In this document: in pieces, positions 12,901 to 26,622 of the stretch
Layout of the letters: each line of letters begins with the position of its first letter
How positions within the stretch are numbered: the first letter of the stretch is position 1
Assembly: GCF_963506605.1 (NCBI RefSeq)
Contig: NC_083283.1
Coordinates: 59,458,001 to 59,522,000, forward strand
DNA from: Zootoca vivipara
Taxonomy: Eukaryota
DNA length: 64,000 nt
Reading direction: 5' to 3'
Notes under the pieces: generated by a model
The model's input: the letters and a program-made list of their open reading frames with translations, nothing else
Database searches by the model: none
Told to the model about the DNA's origin: nothing
Program-made: the position numbers and the translations under genes

Positions 12901-14228
12901 TCAGGAGTTAATAGTGAACTGGTAGCCAGAATCCTAAACTTCTTAATGCATCCAAAACCTTCAGGCAAGGTAAGACAAGACATAGTAATGAAACTATATT
13001 TAGATCACATTTGTCAACTTTGTGGTGATCATGCTTTTAATGTAGAGTTGCTATTGCTGTCCCACGTCAAACAGTTGTTGAGTTTTGTGTGGCTTGCCCC
13101 ACCAGAAAATCACACATATGCTTTGCTTGATTCATATATGCTCTTGAAGATGTAAGTAACATGACTGCAATTCTATTAAGTCACTAGTGAACATCTTATT
13201 AGTTTTTTATTATATATTATATATTGTTCTTGTGGAAAATAAGAGAGATGGAGTACTACAAGAGCACTAGGTTTTGACTGCATGTTAGTATCTCTTCTGA
13301 GGTTCTTTATACAGAGACCATGCCTAGCAACTATTAAACATTTGTTACAGCTGAGGCCCTTTAAAAAACAAATATGCCATTTCTATTGAACTGTGTATAT
13401 GAAAACAGAAGTTTTCTTCCATGAGTTTTGAGACTGAGGCATTCAACCTGGAGTAAAAAGCTCAATAACAAGTTTCTGCTTCTCTGGAAAAGACAGACAC
13501 AAACAGTCAGCGAGGCTGGCATCTGAAAACCGAAAAGATGTCTTTATTTATAGCACTACCAGGAATACTGCAATAAGGCTCTTCAAGTGGGGAGTGAAAT
13601 CCTTCCTGAGTTTGTCACTGCTTTCCAGAATTTTCCTCTAGAACCACATTTGTGGAAGGTATCACCCATATATTTGACACCAAACATGGCTCCTGTTATG
13701 GGAAACAAAAACTCAATGGCGACATTGCACTTTCCAGTCTTCCATATTCAAGCTACTGACTGATAGCTAAAATAATAAGTGGAATCTGCAAGAAAACATT
13801 GCAAGTGCTGTTGTGCAATTCCATTCCCCCTCATTGGGGTATTTTGGAAGGATGTTCCCCTACTAAAGATCTTAAGATGAAGGATGGTATATAAATAAAC
13901 AACTTTACACACACACACACCCATAAAAACTCAACAACTTTTGTAGCAACTCTAACTTATGCAAACTTTGGAGTCCCTCTAGATCTGCCAGTTCATCTTC
14001 TACAGATATGATATTGTTTTGGCTACATAAGAAATAGAACTCACAGTATGACCATCTTAAATAGAGGAAATACCTTCAGTTGAATAATTACCCTCAAATA
14101 ATACATGTATGAAATGTCTATAAATTCATTCTAAAAGAAACGTGTAATCTCATGGTGCCTTTTCAAAATGACCATAGTGAAGGATAACACTTTGAAGGTG
14201 GTTAAGGTCTAAGCAATTACTTATCCCC

Positions 14229-14285
<57 letters not shown>

Positions 14286-17200
14286 TTTTAAAACTATTTT
14301 GTTGTTTGAATTGCCTCAATTTTCAATATTTAATAGCCATTGCCAAAATCCAAGAAAACACCTAACAAAAGTGGGAAAAAGGAACGCAGTAGCTCTGGAA
14401 CAGCACGGAAAGGCAAGCGCACTAAATGTCCTGAGATCCTGTCAGATGAATCCAGTAGTGAGGAAGATGAAAAGAAAGAGAAAGAAGAATCATCTGAAGA
14501 AGATAAAGAAAGTGAAGAGGAGGTAGGACCTATTTGCAAACTACTCATGTTGAAGGCCAGCTACAGTAGGCTCTCTGATTTGCTTAAAGGGCACTGAGCT
14601 GGAGATAGGGTTATAGAGAAAAATATTTTCATTCCATAAACCTGTTGACTTTAAGATATTTGCTTAGTGATCGACAGACGTAAACTTGAAAGTAGTGACT
14701 AGATGTTGATAAAATACAAAGACTTGTTTGCTAGAAGTGTGTATAGGAATGTACCACAGGTTCATTGTTCTTCGCATAATTACAGCTTGTTATTTTACGG
14801 ACAAAAATGCTTGGTGCTCACCTCAAACATAGGTACAGTTCTCAACAGAACTGGCTAACCCCTTTCAGCCTCACACCTTCCTTATAGTGATGGCATACTA
14901 GCAATGGGACACTGTCACTATCTACTAATGGCTTTTTTGTGGGGGGATGACAAAAAATGGCTAGCAGTCCAAACTTGGCCAGTTCACCACCTTCACTATA
15001 TAATGCAAGGTAACTTTTTGTATCCCTGCAAAAGCAGAAAGGCATGTTCTCTTAAAATGCAGGGGCATTATTGGAACTAGAGACAAATAATGTAGTTACA
15101 AATAGATTGCATGTGTATTTTGGCTTTGCTGCAAAGAGTGCTTTCTAGCACTAAACTATGCTTTAGCAAGAAGCTTCGTAGTGTTAGGAGTGGTTTATAT
15201 TGTAATAGACTTTGATGCTCTCTTTATCACACCATAGCCACCAAAAAAGTCATCCAAAAAAGAAAAACCCAAGCAAAAGACAGCTGTGAAAAGCAAAAAG
15301 GGCACAAAGAATGCTTATGTCAAGAAAGCAGATAGCAGCACAACCAAGAAGAACCAGAACAATTCCAAAAAAGGTGAACCTATCTTTCTGGGGTCCTGTG
15401 ATCAGAGAGGGACAAGAACAGAAGAGTATATGCAAATACAATTATACATACTTACATAAAGGGGGTGGGCAGAAGGATGGATGCTTTGTAACAAAGACAG
15501 AAAAGTGAATGGAAGAATGTTTGACAGCAAGGCACTGTGGTAGAATGTTGGGAGGCGTGAGAGCAAGCGGCAGGTAAAGAGCTTCTGTTAAAAATGAGTG
15601 GCTAAAGAGACAAGGAGGAAATGAGAGAAGATAAATGGTTAGAGTTAGCATGGCTTTTAAGGAGAAGAGAGTTTTGTTAAGATAGGGCATTAGAACTGAG
15701 TGTTCTATATAAAGTGGCTGCTTTTTCTAGGTATTATGTTCCCTAATATATGTGTGTTTTAACTGCCTGTTCTGGTCTGGGTGGATTTTAAGGTTAATAT
15801 ACCTCACCCTACATACCTTGTGTGCATGCACTTATTCATAGAAAGCCTGGGACTCAGGAGAGTAGCTGAGTGACTGATCTAGTGACCTCCCTGGGACATG
15901 GGCTTTTTAGGGATCCCAGGGAGGAGGTGGGTGGCAGCAGTGGGGAAATGGCCAATGGTTTTAAGGAAGCAGGAGACCTTTAGTGGTAGGTAGAGTTGGG
16001 AGATCAAAGGTAACAAATAGGGGGTATGCTGGGATATGTGAGCAGAGAGAAGGGAAACCACAGCCCCATAAATTGTTTTTGAAACTTCTCTCCATTTCCA
16101 AAGAGGTTTGCTAGCTGGTCTTGGCAGCTGCCATTTGAAAAGCCCAAGTTCAAAAGTGCTTGAACACAACTGAGTCATTCAGTTATTTTGTACAGGTGAA
16201 AATGTTTAATCGGAAAGAAATCATTATCCACATTTTAATTGAAAAATATCTTTACATTTAGAAAGTGAGTCAGAGGATAGTTCGGATGATGAGCCTTTAA
16301 TTAAAAAGCTGAAAAAGCCACCTACAGATGAAGAGCTGAAAGAAACAGTGAAGAAGCTCCTGGCTAATGCAAACCTAGAGGAAGTTACAATGAAACAAAT
16401 TTGTAAAGAGGTACAGATTTATGACATTAGTTTTCCACTTTCATTGTTTTGTTTGCTGTTTACAGCAGTAATGTGGGTTTTTCTGGAAAGTTTTCATTTG
16501 CAAATTAGGGAAATTTGGAAAACTCCCTGTGGCCCTAAAAGCAGGAATAGGGAACCTTTTTCAGCATAAGGGCCATCTTCCGAGTGGGGAACTTTCTGGG
16601 GGCCACTTTCCAGCGGTGGATGGTGTAATAGATGTACTTTTATATTTGTGCAGTAGTGTAGGGTACAGTCCATCCAAACAAAATTCAAAGGTTTCTGCTC
16701 ATATATCTTGATCCAGGCAAGCAAGGGACATTATAATATTTCAAGGACACATTCAAAAGAACTGGAGGAAGATGTGGTCTGGGGAGAGTAAATTGGAGAT
16801 ACCTGGGGAGTGATCTCATTTACCATGTTAATTTTCCTTGTACTGAATTTTATATAGACATGAAACTGCCAACCTTGCCTAATGTTGATTTGCAGTTGGT
16901 ATCCATTAATTGCTACTTTCACATTGTTAATTTTCTGAAGAAAGATGAAGCAGTGAAGATTTGTCTCCCCCTCATCACTGGTTCACAGTTAGAAACCTTT
17001 AGAGTCAAATGTAAAAATGCATGCACATTTCATAAATTCTTATGCTTTCTTGTTGGTGCAGGAAAAGACAAGTGAACTCAGTTTATGCTGTCTATTTTCC
17101 TTCAGGGCGGTCATAATCCCATTATCACTGTATGGTATAATTATACTAAACGTAAAATATATTTAGGTTAATCCCTGAAAGATAACTAGCATAGGTACCA

Positions 17201-18350
17201 TGTCATCCCCTAGTTTCTCCAGATCCTGCTTTGCCTCCAAGGGGCTTAGGGCCGGGCCATAAACAATCCCTGTTCTGTCCTTGCAACAACAACAAAACTG
17301 TGAAGGTTAGACTGAAAACCTGTGAGTGATCTAAGGGCTCTTCAAGATGGACCAGAGAACTGGGTCTTCTCAGTCCTAATTTTGACAGAAAAACATCTAT
17401 TTGGATATTATATCTACCTTTTATACCTCCCTTGCAATATCAAAGGAGATGCTTCAATTTAATAAACAAGCAATCTCTCCATTCTGGTACTCACATTTAA
17501 ATTGCAAAAGGTATATTAGGCACTTCTACATGCATGGTGAGGGGAGTCAGGCAGAGAACAGAAATATTTGCAAGTAAGTACAAGTCTTTATGTTATGTTG
17601 GGAAAGTGGAGTGGAGTCAGACATGACATATAAAGGATATGGTTAACTATGCTTTGAATATTTTTCTTCTGTGGTACAAACAGGGGGAGGGAACAATTTT
17701 AATGAGGCTTTAAAAAGCAGCCTCCCCAAATGCAGTAGTCCCAATCCAGATTCAAACCTTTCATGCCTGCTCTTTAATGTACTTTAAAAACTAATGAGAC
17801 ACTCTTTGTGGTACATCCAGTTTGACCCTTAGTCATTGGGAGAATGTTCTGAATGTACTATTTGACTTACCTTTGTGTTAAATTGGTTGTTACAGGTGTA
17901 TGAAAGCTATCCCAGTTATGACTTGTCTGACAGAAAAGTCTTCATCAAAAAGACTGTGAAAGAGGTAAATACTTGATATGTGAAATATCATGTGATGATC
18001 TAAATATTAAAAGCTGCTCTTTAAATTTGGAAATGTTGGGTATCTAGGAAGATCTCAGTTCCCGAAATTCCACCCAAACTTTACTCACTTATTGTGCTTA
18101 GTTTCAACTCAGTAAATTTAAAGTAACTTTAAGATGGTCCCCCTTATCTAACGTTTCACAGTGTACCCTTAAAGGCCTGTAGTCCCTCCTTAACCATATT
18201 TACTTGGAAGTAAGTCCCATCAATTCCCCTGGAACTTCCTTCCAAGCAAGGAATGGCAGCCCTAGCAATGTGTTTGTGGGAAGCGGGATTTACAAAGTAG
18301 GTTAAAGATTAAAAGTACACAAACTCTTCTCTTTTTAGCTCATTTCATGA
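6725..18350 (+). CDS. DEK: DEK chromatin protein, join(6725-6845,8466-8567,9010-9119,11431-11525,12849-12969,14337-14522,15238-15373,16262-16410,17896-17964,18339-18350), 1101 nt, 366 aa
   Basis: Spliced translation gives an acidic N-terminus, EKSLIVEGKREKKKVERLTMQVSSLQ, SAP-box region MLKSICEVLDLERSGVNSELVARILNFL and DEK-C domain PPTDEELKETVKKLLANANLEEVTMKQICKEVYE...VKELIS*. Exon phases are compatible at every junction. Confidence 0.97.
8466..8567 (+). CDS. DEK: DEK coding exon 2
   Basis: ttcag|AA AAG AGT CTC...ACA CCA G|gcaagt (GC donor). Confidence 0.93.
9010..9119 (+). CDS. DEK: DEK coding exon 3
   Basis: KGQKLCEIERIQYFLSKKKTDELRNLHKLLYNRPGT; ag/gt boundaries. Confidence 0.95.
9892..9931. 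repeat. (AC)20 microsatellite
   Basis: Directly visible. Confidence 0.97.
11431..11525 (+). CDS. DEK: DEK coding exon 4
   Basis: VASLKKNVGQFSGFPFEKGSDQYKKKEEMLK; ag/gt boundaries. Confidence 0.95.
12098..12253. mobile_element. GC-rich non-autonomous hAT-type element (156 bp) in DEK intron
   Basis: Perfect 8-bp TSD CTTGTGGT (12090-12097, 12254-12261); imperfect CAGT...ACTG termini. Confidence 0.8.
12849..12969 (+). CDS. DEK: DEK coding exon 5 (SAP box)
   Basis: YRNAMLKSICEVLDLERSGVNSELVARILNFLMHPKPSGK; ag/gt boundaries. Confidence 0.95.
14229..14284. repeat. (GATA)14 microsatellite
   Basis: Directly visible, 52 bp upstream of DEK coding exon 6. Confidence 0.97.
14337..14522 (+). CDS. DEK: DEK coding exon 6
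   Basis: PLPKSKK...KCPEILSDESSSEEDEKK...ESEEE; ag/gt boundaries. Confidence 0.95.
15238..15373 (+). CDS. DEK: DEK coding exon 7
   Basis: PPKKSSKKEKPKQK...KKADSSTTKKNQNNSKK; ag/gt boundaries. Confidence 0.93.
16262..16410 (+). CDS. DEK: DEK coding exon 8
   Basis: SESEDSSDDEPLIKKLKKPPTDEELKE...MKQICKE; ag/gt boundaries. Confidence 0.95.
17896..17964 (+). CDS. DEK: DEK coding exon 9
   Basis: VYESYPSYDLSDRKVFIKKTVKE; ag/gt boundaries. Confidence 0.95.
18339..18350 (+). CDS. DEK: DEK last coding exon (LIS*)
   Basis: ctctttttag|CTC ATT TCA TGA, followed by a long AT-rich 3' UTR. Confidence 0.9.
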   Translation, partial: LIS

Positions 18351-19686
18351 TCTAATGGGAAGAAAACGAATGCTGCAGACTTGTTCCCGTGGATTTAAAT
18401 ATTTTACAAACACCAGCAAAACCTTTTTTTAATTTTTGTTTTGTTTTGCCCTTTTGGGTGGGCATAACATAGTATTTAGTCAGGGATGATTCTACTGGCT
18501 TAATGTTCTGAGTGTTAATGGAAATTACTTTAACTTTTTAAAATTGCATTTAATGCAGTTCTTAGGTTTTTGCATGGCCATCAATGTTCCCTGCTTTTAC
18601 TTTGTACATCATGGAATTTCTTTGTACAAGCAGATTTAATAGTTATTGTAGGTTTTATTGCATTGTAATGTAATTTTTTTAAAAAATCAGTTGATACGAA
18701 AACTTGTATCTGTACGTACACATGCTAAGACTGTCAAATACTGCAGTATTGGGCATTACTTTTAATTTGAATACATACCATTCTCTCAGGAAGAAGTCAC
18801 ATGTCCTGATCATGAATGCTCTAAATTATGTTATACCATCTTGCATGTGTAAGATATCTGAGAATTGTGAAGAGCATCATAACTTGCAAATTGTTATTTT
18901 TGTACTTTTAAAAGCGTTCTGTTTGTATATATATGCTTAAAAACAGGTTTTTGGTTTTTTTTAAAAAAAATCAGTGTGTTTTAGAAGATTTATCACCAGT
19001 GTCAGTGTTCAGGAATGAGGCTGAAATTAATTAGGAAACAAGTTTAATTAGCATTTTAAAAGATAAGTGTTTCTTGCCTTATAAGGGAATAATTGCACTC
19101 ATATTTTTCAGTGTTTAACTTGCTAGAGTGGACTACAGCTAATTTTGTTCCAAAGTCTTGACATGATACCCTACACCAAAGGGTGACAAACCTCTACCCT
19201 GTGTGTCTAATTAGCCGCAGCAGTGGACTGTTTCCAAATTATGCCCACTTACCCAGCCCCACACATAAAGGTGGGGTAAAGGTAAAGGTGTGGCCTTCAC
19301 TTTGAAGTAACATTTCGCAACAGTTCTATTGAGCCTACATACTGAAATACATATGAAAAACCAAAACAGCTTTGAGAATTGCAATAAGTATAAGAATCTT
19401 CTCTGAAGGTGGTATGTGAAGATGTGAGCTAAGTTCATGTGCAATTTTTGGTGTTCAGCTGTTCTAGAATCCCTATAAAATCAAGCTCCCTTGTGGTAAG
19501 GAATAACTTAACGATCTTTGTGGTATCCACTGGACAGGTTTCCTGTGTCTGTATCCAAAATTAGGTTATATTGATAAATGAATAGGTGTTTAAATGTATT
19601 AAGAGACACCTGCTGCTTTGATTCAATGTAAGCTTTGAAATTTAAAACCTCAGTTTTGCAAACAATTGTTCATGAAGTTTTATTTA

Positions 19687-19975
19687 AATAAATTTCCATG
19701 AAACTTTTTGTTAATGTACAGACATGATCATGACTTAAAACTCTCAATAAATGCCAAACAAGTATGTGTCATAATGTGAAATGTAACTAACCCCCTCCAT
19801 TACTGTATTGATTACAAGTTCTGCTAATGTATTGTTCAGGAGTCAAAAGTCACAGACCTATGTTCTGAAAATAGTCGGCAACTAGTAAGCTGATCAATCT
19901 ACCATTTTTACTGCTTTCTTTGCATGTGATCCTTTATATTAAGGCTGAGTGTAACTAAGTTTTGTATTCAATAAA
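19687..19975 (+). terminator. DEK candidate poly(A) signals (AATAAA at 19687, 19746, 19970)
   Basis: Three canonical hexamers 1.3-1.6 kb after the stop codon. Confidence 0.6.
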
Positions 19976-20676
19976 TGTCTTTAAGAAAAATGTATATTTT
20001 GAAATTTTAATACATGTACAGTAAAAAAAATGATAAACAAAGGTGCCTGTTGTGTATCACCTTGCTTTATAACATACAAGAGTATTCCAAACCCAAATGT
20101 TGAGATGTAATCTGTGCTAGAGGTGTGAACACATCAAACCCTTACTTAAACTTGAGCACATGTATGTCTGGATTATTATACAGGCAGTGACCATTTTATG
20201 TGTGTCCGATTGACGCACAATCACACACATGCTCATGGCTGCCAACTCCCAGAAGTGGCAGATGAGCTGTGGCAATGGATGTTATGGCATGGTATTTAAG
20301 GCCCAGTGGGCCTGAAGTGATGACCTGCTAGGCTGGGAACAAGTGTGGAAGTCAATTTCAGAATTATTGCCACCTTCTTCCATCAGATTGGAAGAAGGTG
20401 AACTTTGCTGAGGAATATTGCTGCCATCTGACATGGAATCTTCGCCTGTTCCAGGAAATGTGGTTGGGCCTAAAGTCTGTTCCCTCTAGCAGAATACCTA
20501 TTGCTTTGTCATCCTACTTAATAACTGAAGTATTTGTTTTGAGATTGACATCCTCTGCATTTTCCAGGAGGGGATGAGTTATAAATCCATGTAAAATGCA
20601 TTTTAAGTACATGGGTACAATTTGCCTTTACTATTCGAGTAGAAATTAGCCACACAACTGACTTAGCATTTTCCAG

Positions 20677-20682
20677 TTTATT
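20677..20682 (-). terminator. KDM1B candidate poly(A) signal
   Basis: TTTATT on plus strand (AATAAA on minus), about 1.85 kb past the KDM1B stop. Confidence 0.5.
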
Positions 20683-22537
20683 ACATTACCAATAAGTCAC
20701 TTTGAACATCATGCTCCACAGCAAGGAGATCCCCCCCCCCAATGTACAAGGCATAAGTTGTATATACACAATAGAAAATGACCATGCTTAAAAAATAAGC
20801 TTCACATGATTATTTTTAAATTCTTTGGGATCAATTGTTCAAAGAACCCACCAACTCTGACATTTTTAAATAAATGTAAAAAAAGTAGTTTCCATATCTT
20901 AACTAAGCTTTTTCTTCTTATGGACAACAGGTCCTGCTGTTTAAACACTTCTGTAATGTAATAATTTACAGGTATTTATACAGTAAATGGTTTCTCATTT
21001 ACAGTATGACTTTTCATATTGTCTTAATGCTGATTACTACAAAATGCTTACAGTCATGACTAATATCTCTGCTCAAACTCACGCCTTCCACTATTCCCAA
21101 GCACAAGTTTCCATTTTTAAATAAAAATTGCACTTCAGACAATAGCTAGATGCACCAACAAAATTAGTTTTAGATATGGGCCAATTAGCTTATTTTAGCT
21201 AGGTGTTCACATGTTTTCAGTGTTTGAAAAGAAGAGTAAATGATGGGGGGAAATCAGCATTCCATTTTCATACTTTACATTTCTTACATAAGCTCTCAGA
21301 GTTATACTTCCTATTAAGCAACTTAGTGAAATAATAGCAGTTCAACTATAAAGAAAAGCTTGATGATTTCCTAACAGCATAACTTTTCAATCTTTCTCAA
21401 TATGATGTTATAAAGTAAGATATTCAGGGCCATATATTATCATTATAGCGAAACACACAGGAGTAGTAATCACACATTTTCTGAGGCTTTCTTTAGAAAG
21501 TAAAACTGCCCATGCTTCCATATTGAAATTCCCACTATTATTTTTTTCATAATGAAAAGCAAAAGTTAGCTGATGAATGAACTATGTGCATACATTAATA
21601 TCTTCAACTACTTAAGTGAATTATTTAGTTAAATCATCTTTTTCTTCTAGGTAATTTTTCACAACTATGGGTACAACCCAGCCTCATTAAGTATTTTCAA
21701 GTCTCACTGATTTCAGAGTCTACTTAAATCTCTCCCATTAAAATGAGGCTACAAAATTTTAACCCTTCATAAAAAGTAATCATTTGACCTCATTATTAAG
21801 CAAGGAAGTTGCATGGCTCGCTCAACTACCTGACCTTCAACATGCTTTCACAATTATATAAATGACTGCACCTACACAGCAGCTATGATTTAGAAATTTC
21901 ACTGCACACAAAAAGGAAATGGCCACAAAACTAACATTTTTTTCTGGTCCATCTACATGATCAGCAAATACTAAGCCCTCATCCTAGTATACACATTAAG
22001 AGATGCTTTTGTGACATTTCCTCTGGGTAAGTAATGGTTAGGGTTGGTTTTATGTATCTTCTTTCATTAAAAAAAACATCACCAGCAAGCTCAACGATTG
22101 TCTGTGAACACTTCCAACAGTTTAGTTTAAAAAGAATATATTTTTCAAAACATGATTGGAGTCACCTGCCATTTTGTTGACCCACTATCTGAAAACATGG
22201 GTTATTTAACAGTCCTTGCAGCATATGTTTACCCTTTGACACAGGTCACACTTTGACAATATAAATCATCTACCTCAAATGGGTCATGAAAATGAAGTTC
22301 AAAGGTTAATGAGCTTGAATATCTGCTGGTAGTGTTTTTAAATAACAGTTCCTTTAGCATGCTGTGCTGATAAAATATCAACATCATGACAAAGATGAAA
22401 AAAGTGGAACAAAAAAGGACTGTCTCTTTAGGTACCACAGAATTAAGCACCACTTGAGCAATATTAGTAACCCTGAAACTTGAATTTTGAATTTGAGGAA
22501 GTTGTTAAAAGACAATCTGTAAACAGTAGTATAGTAT

Positions 22538-22621
22538 TCAAGATGCTGCTATTTTGCTTGCTTCTCGAACACCACTCAAGTAAGCTCCAGTAACTGTCTG
22601 CGGGAAATGTCTGTTTGTGGC
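22538..22621 (-). CDS. KDM1B: KDM1B last coding exon
   Basis: ATNRHFPQTVTGAYLSGVREASKIAAS*. Confidence 0.95.
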   Translation of the reverse strand, partial: ATNRHFPQTVTGAYLSGVREASKIAAS

Positions 22622-25600
22622 CTATTTAAAAAGAGAAACATAATGTGAGGGATTCTTATATGAACAGAATTACACTCAGCAGACGCATAATACATATAAA
22701 CCAGGCTTCTTCAACCTCTGCCCTCCAGATGTTTTGAGACTACAATTCCCATCATCCCTGACCACTGGTCCTGCTAGCTAGGGATCATGGGAGTTGTAGG
22801 CCAAAAACATCTGGAGGGCCGAAGTTGAGGAAGCCTGGTATAAACCCACACAGGAAGTGTCAATATCTAGTCTACCAAAGACATATATGAAATAGTCTAC
22901 GTATCTATATCTTAAAAATAAATCACAAGCCAGGATGGTTTTTTTCCATGTTGGAGAATTTTCATAACAGAGATTATTATTTTGCCCAGTCACATACTAC
23001 CACTGTATGTAGTATCCTGTGCCTCAGAGTTCCAGGAGAATCAACAGGAATATCATGGTAAATGTCATCAGCAGCACAACAAAGGCCTGAAGTGAGACTG
23101 AAACGGTGCCGTGTGTGTGTGTAAGTGTAATATTAGTCCTAGGTATAATCCCCTACATAGGTTTTTTTCTGAAGAGTTGCTGCCACTCAAACAGCTTCTT
23201 TATATTATTACAGGATCTGAAGTCAGATCAGCACACTAGTAACTGGATTTCACTGGTTTTCTACTATGCTTCCTCTGAGACTGTAGATTGTAGCCAGTGC
23301 TAGTCCTACTCAGTGTAGATCCATTGAAGTAAGCATGGTTAATTCAGGTTTATTAATTTCAGTGGGTCTATTCCGAATAGAACTTAAGTTGAACATATCC
23401 CTGAATATATTCCAACCTATTCTAGCTTGTATCTTATTTCAGAAGAATTTGAATAGATAATCAAGATCTCACCTCTCCAGCAAAAAATATTTTTCCTTGT
23501 ATGTCTTCCGCTAGGATGTCATAAGCTTCACCGCTGCCCCCTGTCTTCACAAAACTATATGCCATTTGGATCCAAGGATCTTTGTTCCATCGTGTAACAA
23601 AGTACTTGACTGGGTCTGGCACTTCCTGGATTACAACAATAGGCAAATAATTATTTATGAAATGCATACAACCCATCTGTGAACACATACAGTATATTCA
23701 CCAGGTCAACACACACGGATGCTCTAAGTGACTGGTCTCATCCTCTGAAGTTGTTCTGTTAAAGTCAATGGACAGTTCCATTATAAACAGCTAGATATTT
23801 AAAGTGTTGGTTAGGGGGCCTAACCATGTGAAACATGTCAGGACAGTTTTCTCTCCTTTTAAGTAGTCCTCATTTGTAGATCCTCATGTGTGGGGTCCTG
23901 TGTCATGAACTGGCATGCAACAGGTCCTAAGTTCAATTCCTGGCTTCTCCAGAGACTGGAAAAAACTCCTATCTGAAAGCTCAGTTCATTAGACTCTTGA
24001 ACTCAGGCAAATGGGTTTGAGCCTCATGTTGGGCAAAAGATTCCTGCATTGCAGGGGGTTGGACTAGATGACCCTCAGGGACCCTTCCAAATTTGTGATT
24101 CTATTCTAAAACTGCTTCTATATGCACCAGTGGTCTGATGCAGAATAAAGCATGTTTCCATGTATTGAAGCCACAACAAACATGGTTCCCAGGAAAACTA
24201 TTGGAAATAGGAAAAATTCAGCAAGCTGCTGTTTCATTTCTTTCATCCTGTTTAATGTTTATTTCTTATTTAGAATACTTAAATCCTGATTTATTTAATG
24301 ACATTTAGAGCTCGTATACCAATTACAGTCATTTACAAAGTCTATTTCAGTTGCTTTACTCCTATGACTTTGTTTGATAATATGCTTAGTTGCATCATTA
24401 ATCTCTTTTTGTTGCTATCTGTTATATACTATAATTATTATACATTATATTTATCAGTTAATAACTATATCCATATAACCCAAGTATCAGAGCCATTTAC
24501 AACTATTAATAAATTCAGTTAAGTGTGAAAGACTTGAAACTGGTACCGTATGATTGAGTCAATAAAAACAAACAGACCTACCTGTTCCTTAAAAAGCTCG
24601 CGGAGCACAATCATGCATTGTTGCAGCACTTGCTTGTCATCTAAGTTCTTCATAGTTGCCACAGCATCACCCGTAACAACAGACATTAGAACACTGCATT
24701 TACGCTGAGAACAAGACACAAACATGGACACTTACATTTTATATATCATCGTTCTGCCAAATGACTCTCTAACAGCCTCTCTGAAACTAATGTTAGCCAA
24801 CCCATAAAACAAGAAAGATTCCTGGCACCTTTTAGGTTTCTGCTTGACTGAGTGTATCACATCTTAGCATTTTTCAAAGCTTGTGTCTTGTAATGAACAA
24901 TTGCTTTTTTAAAAAATGAAAAAGTTGCCAGAAATATATCTGAAACTAATCCCACTATGAAATGGTGACAAATTCCTAGGGTGGTGGGGGAAGAGAAGTG
25001 ATTTTTAAAGCTCATCATGTTTCCTTATCTGAAGAACAATTAGGGTCAGTTTTAAGTGTTCAGGCAACATGTACCTGTGGATCCATATCATAGAAAACAC
25101 TGAAGAGTCCACGTTTGCTGGAACTAGGTGGAACGTGGCCAAAGTAATCAGCTCCTTGAATCTTGCTGTCCCAGAATCTGTATGGAAACTGTAGCGCAAT
25201 CTAGAGGAAAAAAGATAGGAATGATCTCGTTGATGATTTGGGCTGCAATTCTATGCACGCTTACTTGGAAGTAGGCCTCAATGAACCTAGTAGGATACAA
25301 TTGCAAGTGCACATGCATAGGATCGGGCTGTTACTAATTGTTGTAAGCTAATAGTCTGTGAAAATCACAGAAAACAAAAGTTGCATTTTTTCTATGAGGG
25401 GTTGGGTGATGAAGGGCCCGAGATTCAAGCTGGCAAAATGGAGGAAATTTTCAGTTTTAATGGGGCATAATTTTAATCGGTTTTGCAAGAGCTGGTGGGC
25501 AGGCAGACTTTGGTTACCCATCACAAACCCTGAAGATTATTTATTTCAATTTATGAAGGACTGCTATGTACCCGTGCTTTGTAATCTCCTTATTTCTGAG

Positions 25601-26585
25601 CAGATCCGATTATGGAAAGCAAATCTGATAGGGTACAAACCAAATGTCACTCATATTGCTCTTCACATTGTCATATAAAAGTTGAACTCTTACCTTCTCA
25701 ATGACTCCAGCTCCCAAACTATTGATAGCTTTCATTTTTCTCTCTGACAAGGCTGGGTTAAACTGAATGGCACCTTTTTGAAGAATAGTCAGAGGTACAG
25801 CAACTAAAACCTGGTGGGAGAAAAATAGCCCTAATTATACGACAGTTGAAGTAGCGCAACATAACACAGGCAGGTTGGGAAAGTTTGGCACCTGGTGGAT
25901 ACTAAAAACCTCAGTTTCATGCTCTTAAGACAGCTTGATACTTTGTTACACACTTTTCACCGCCTGCCCAGCACTTAGCCCACAACCGGCTCCTTAGCAC
26001 AAATGTAAAGATGTGTCAAGAATTCATATTACAGCTGTAAGGATGCGGGAAGCAGGTATGCTGGTGATAAGGCATCTGAAACAGAATAAATAGTTCTGTC
26101 CTGCTTGATAAGTTGAGAAACTCACTTCACTTGCACCCCTTGTTTAGCTGTTGCAGCAAAAGCTACCCCTTAACATGAGGCATCAAGTCTTTAAAAAGTC
26201 AGTTGTACACAACACTTTGAACAAGATGTGGTCTTTACTGTGATGTTTGAAAATATATATCAGAAGTGGTGAAAGATGAGACATGTCACCTTTTGTGCTT
26301 TCCAGAGAGTTCCATCGGTTGCAGTCACTTGGACTTCTTCCCCTGTATGGTCTATACTGCGAACCTGACAAGAGAAGAAGGGGATTAGGAGTTGTGAAAA
26401 ACATTTTTGTCTATGGTGGTGCCTCATCTACAAGTGGAACGGACTTCTGCCTCTTCCTCTCCTCCCACCTACAGCCCCTGTGTTTTCCTCAAATCAGCTC
26501 TGAAGAATGACCCTTTAGAGCCGATTGGGAGGTGGGGGTGCAGGTGGAATAACAGGAAGGGCAAATTCACTTGCACAATGTTGAA

Positions 26586-26622
<37 letters not shown>

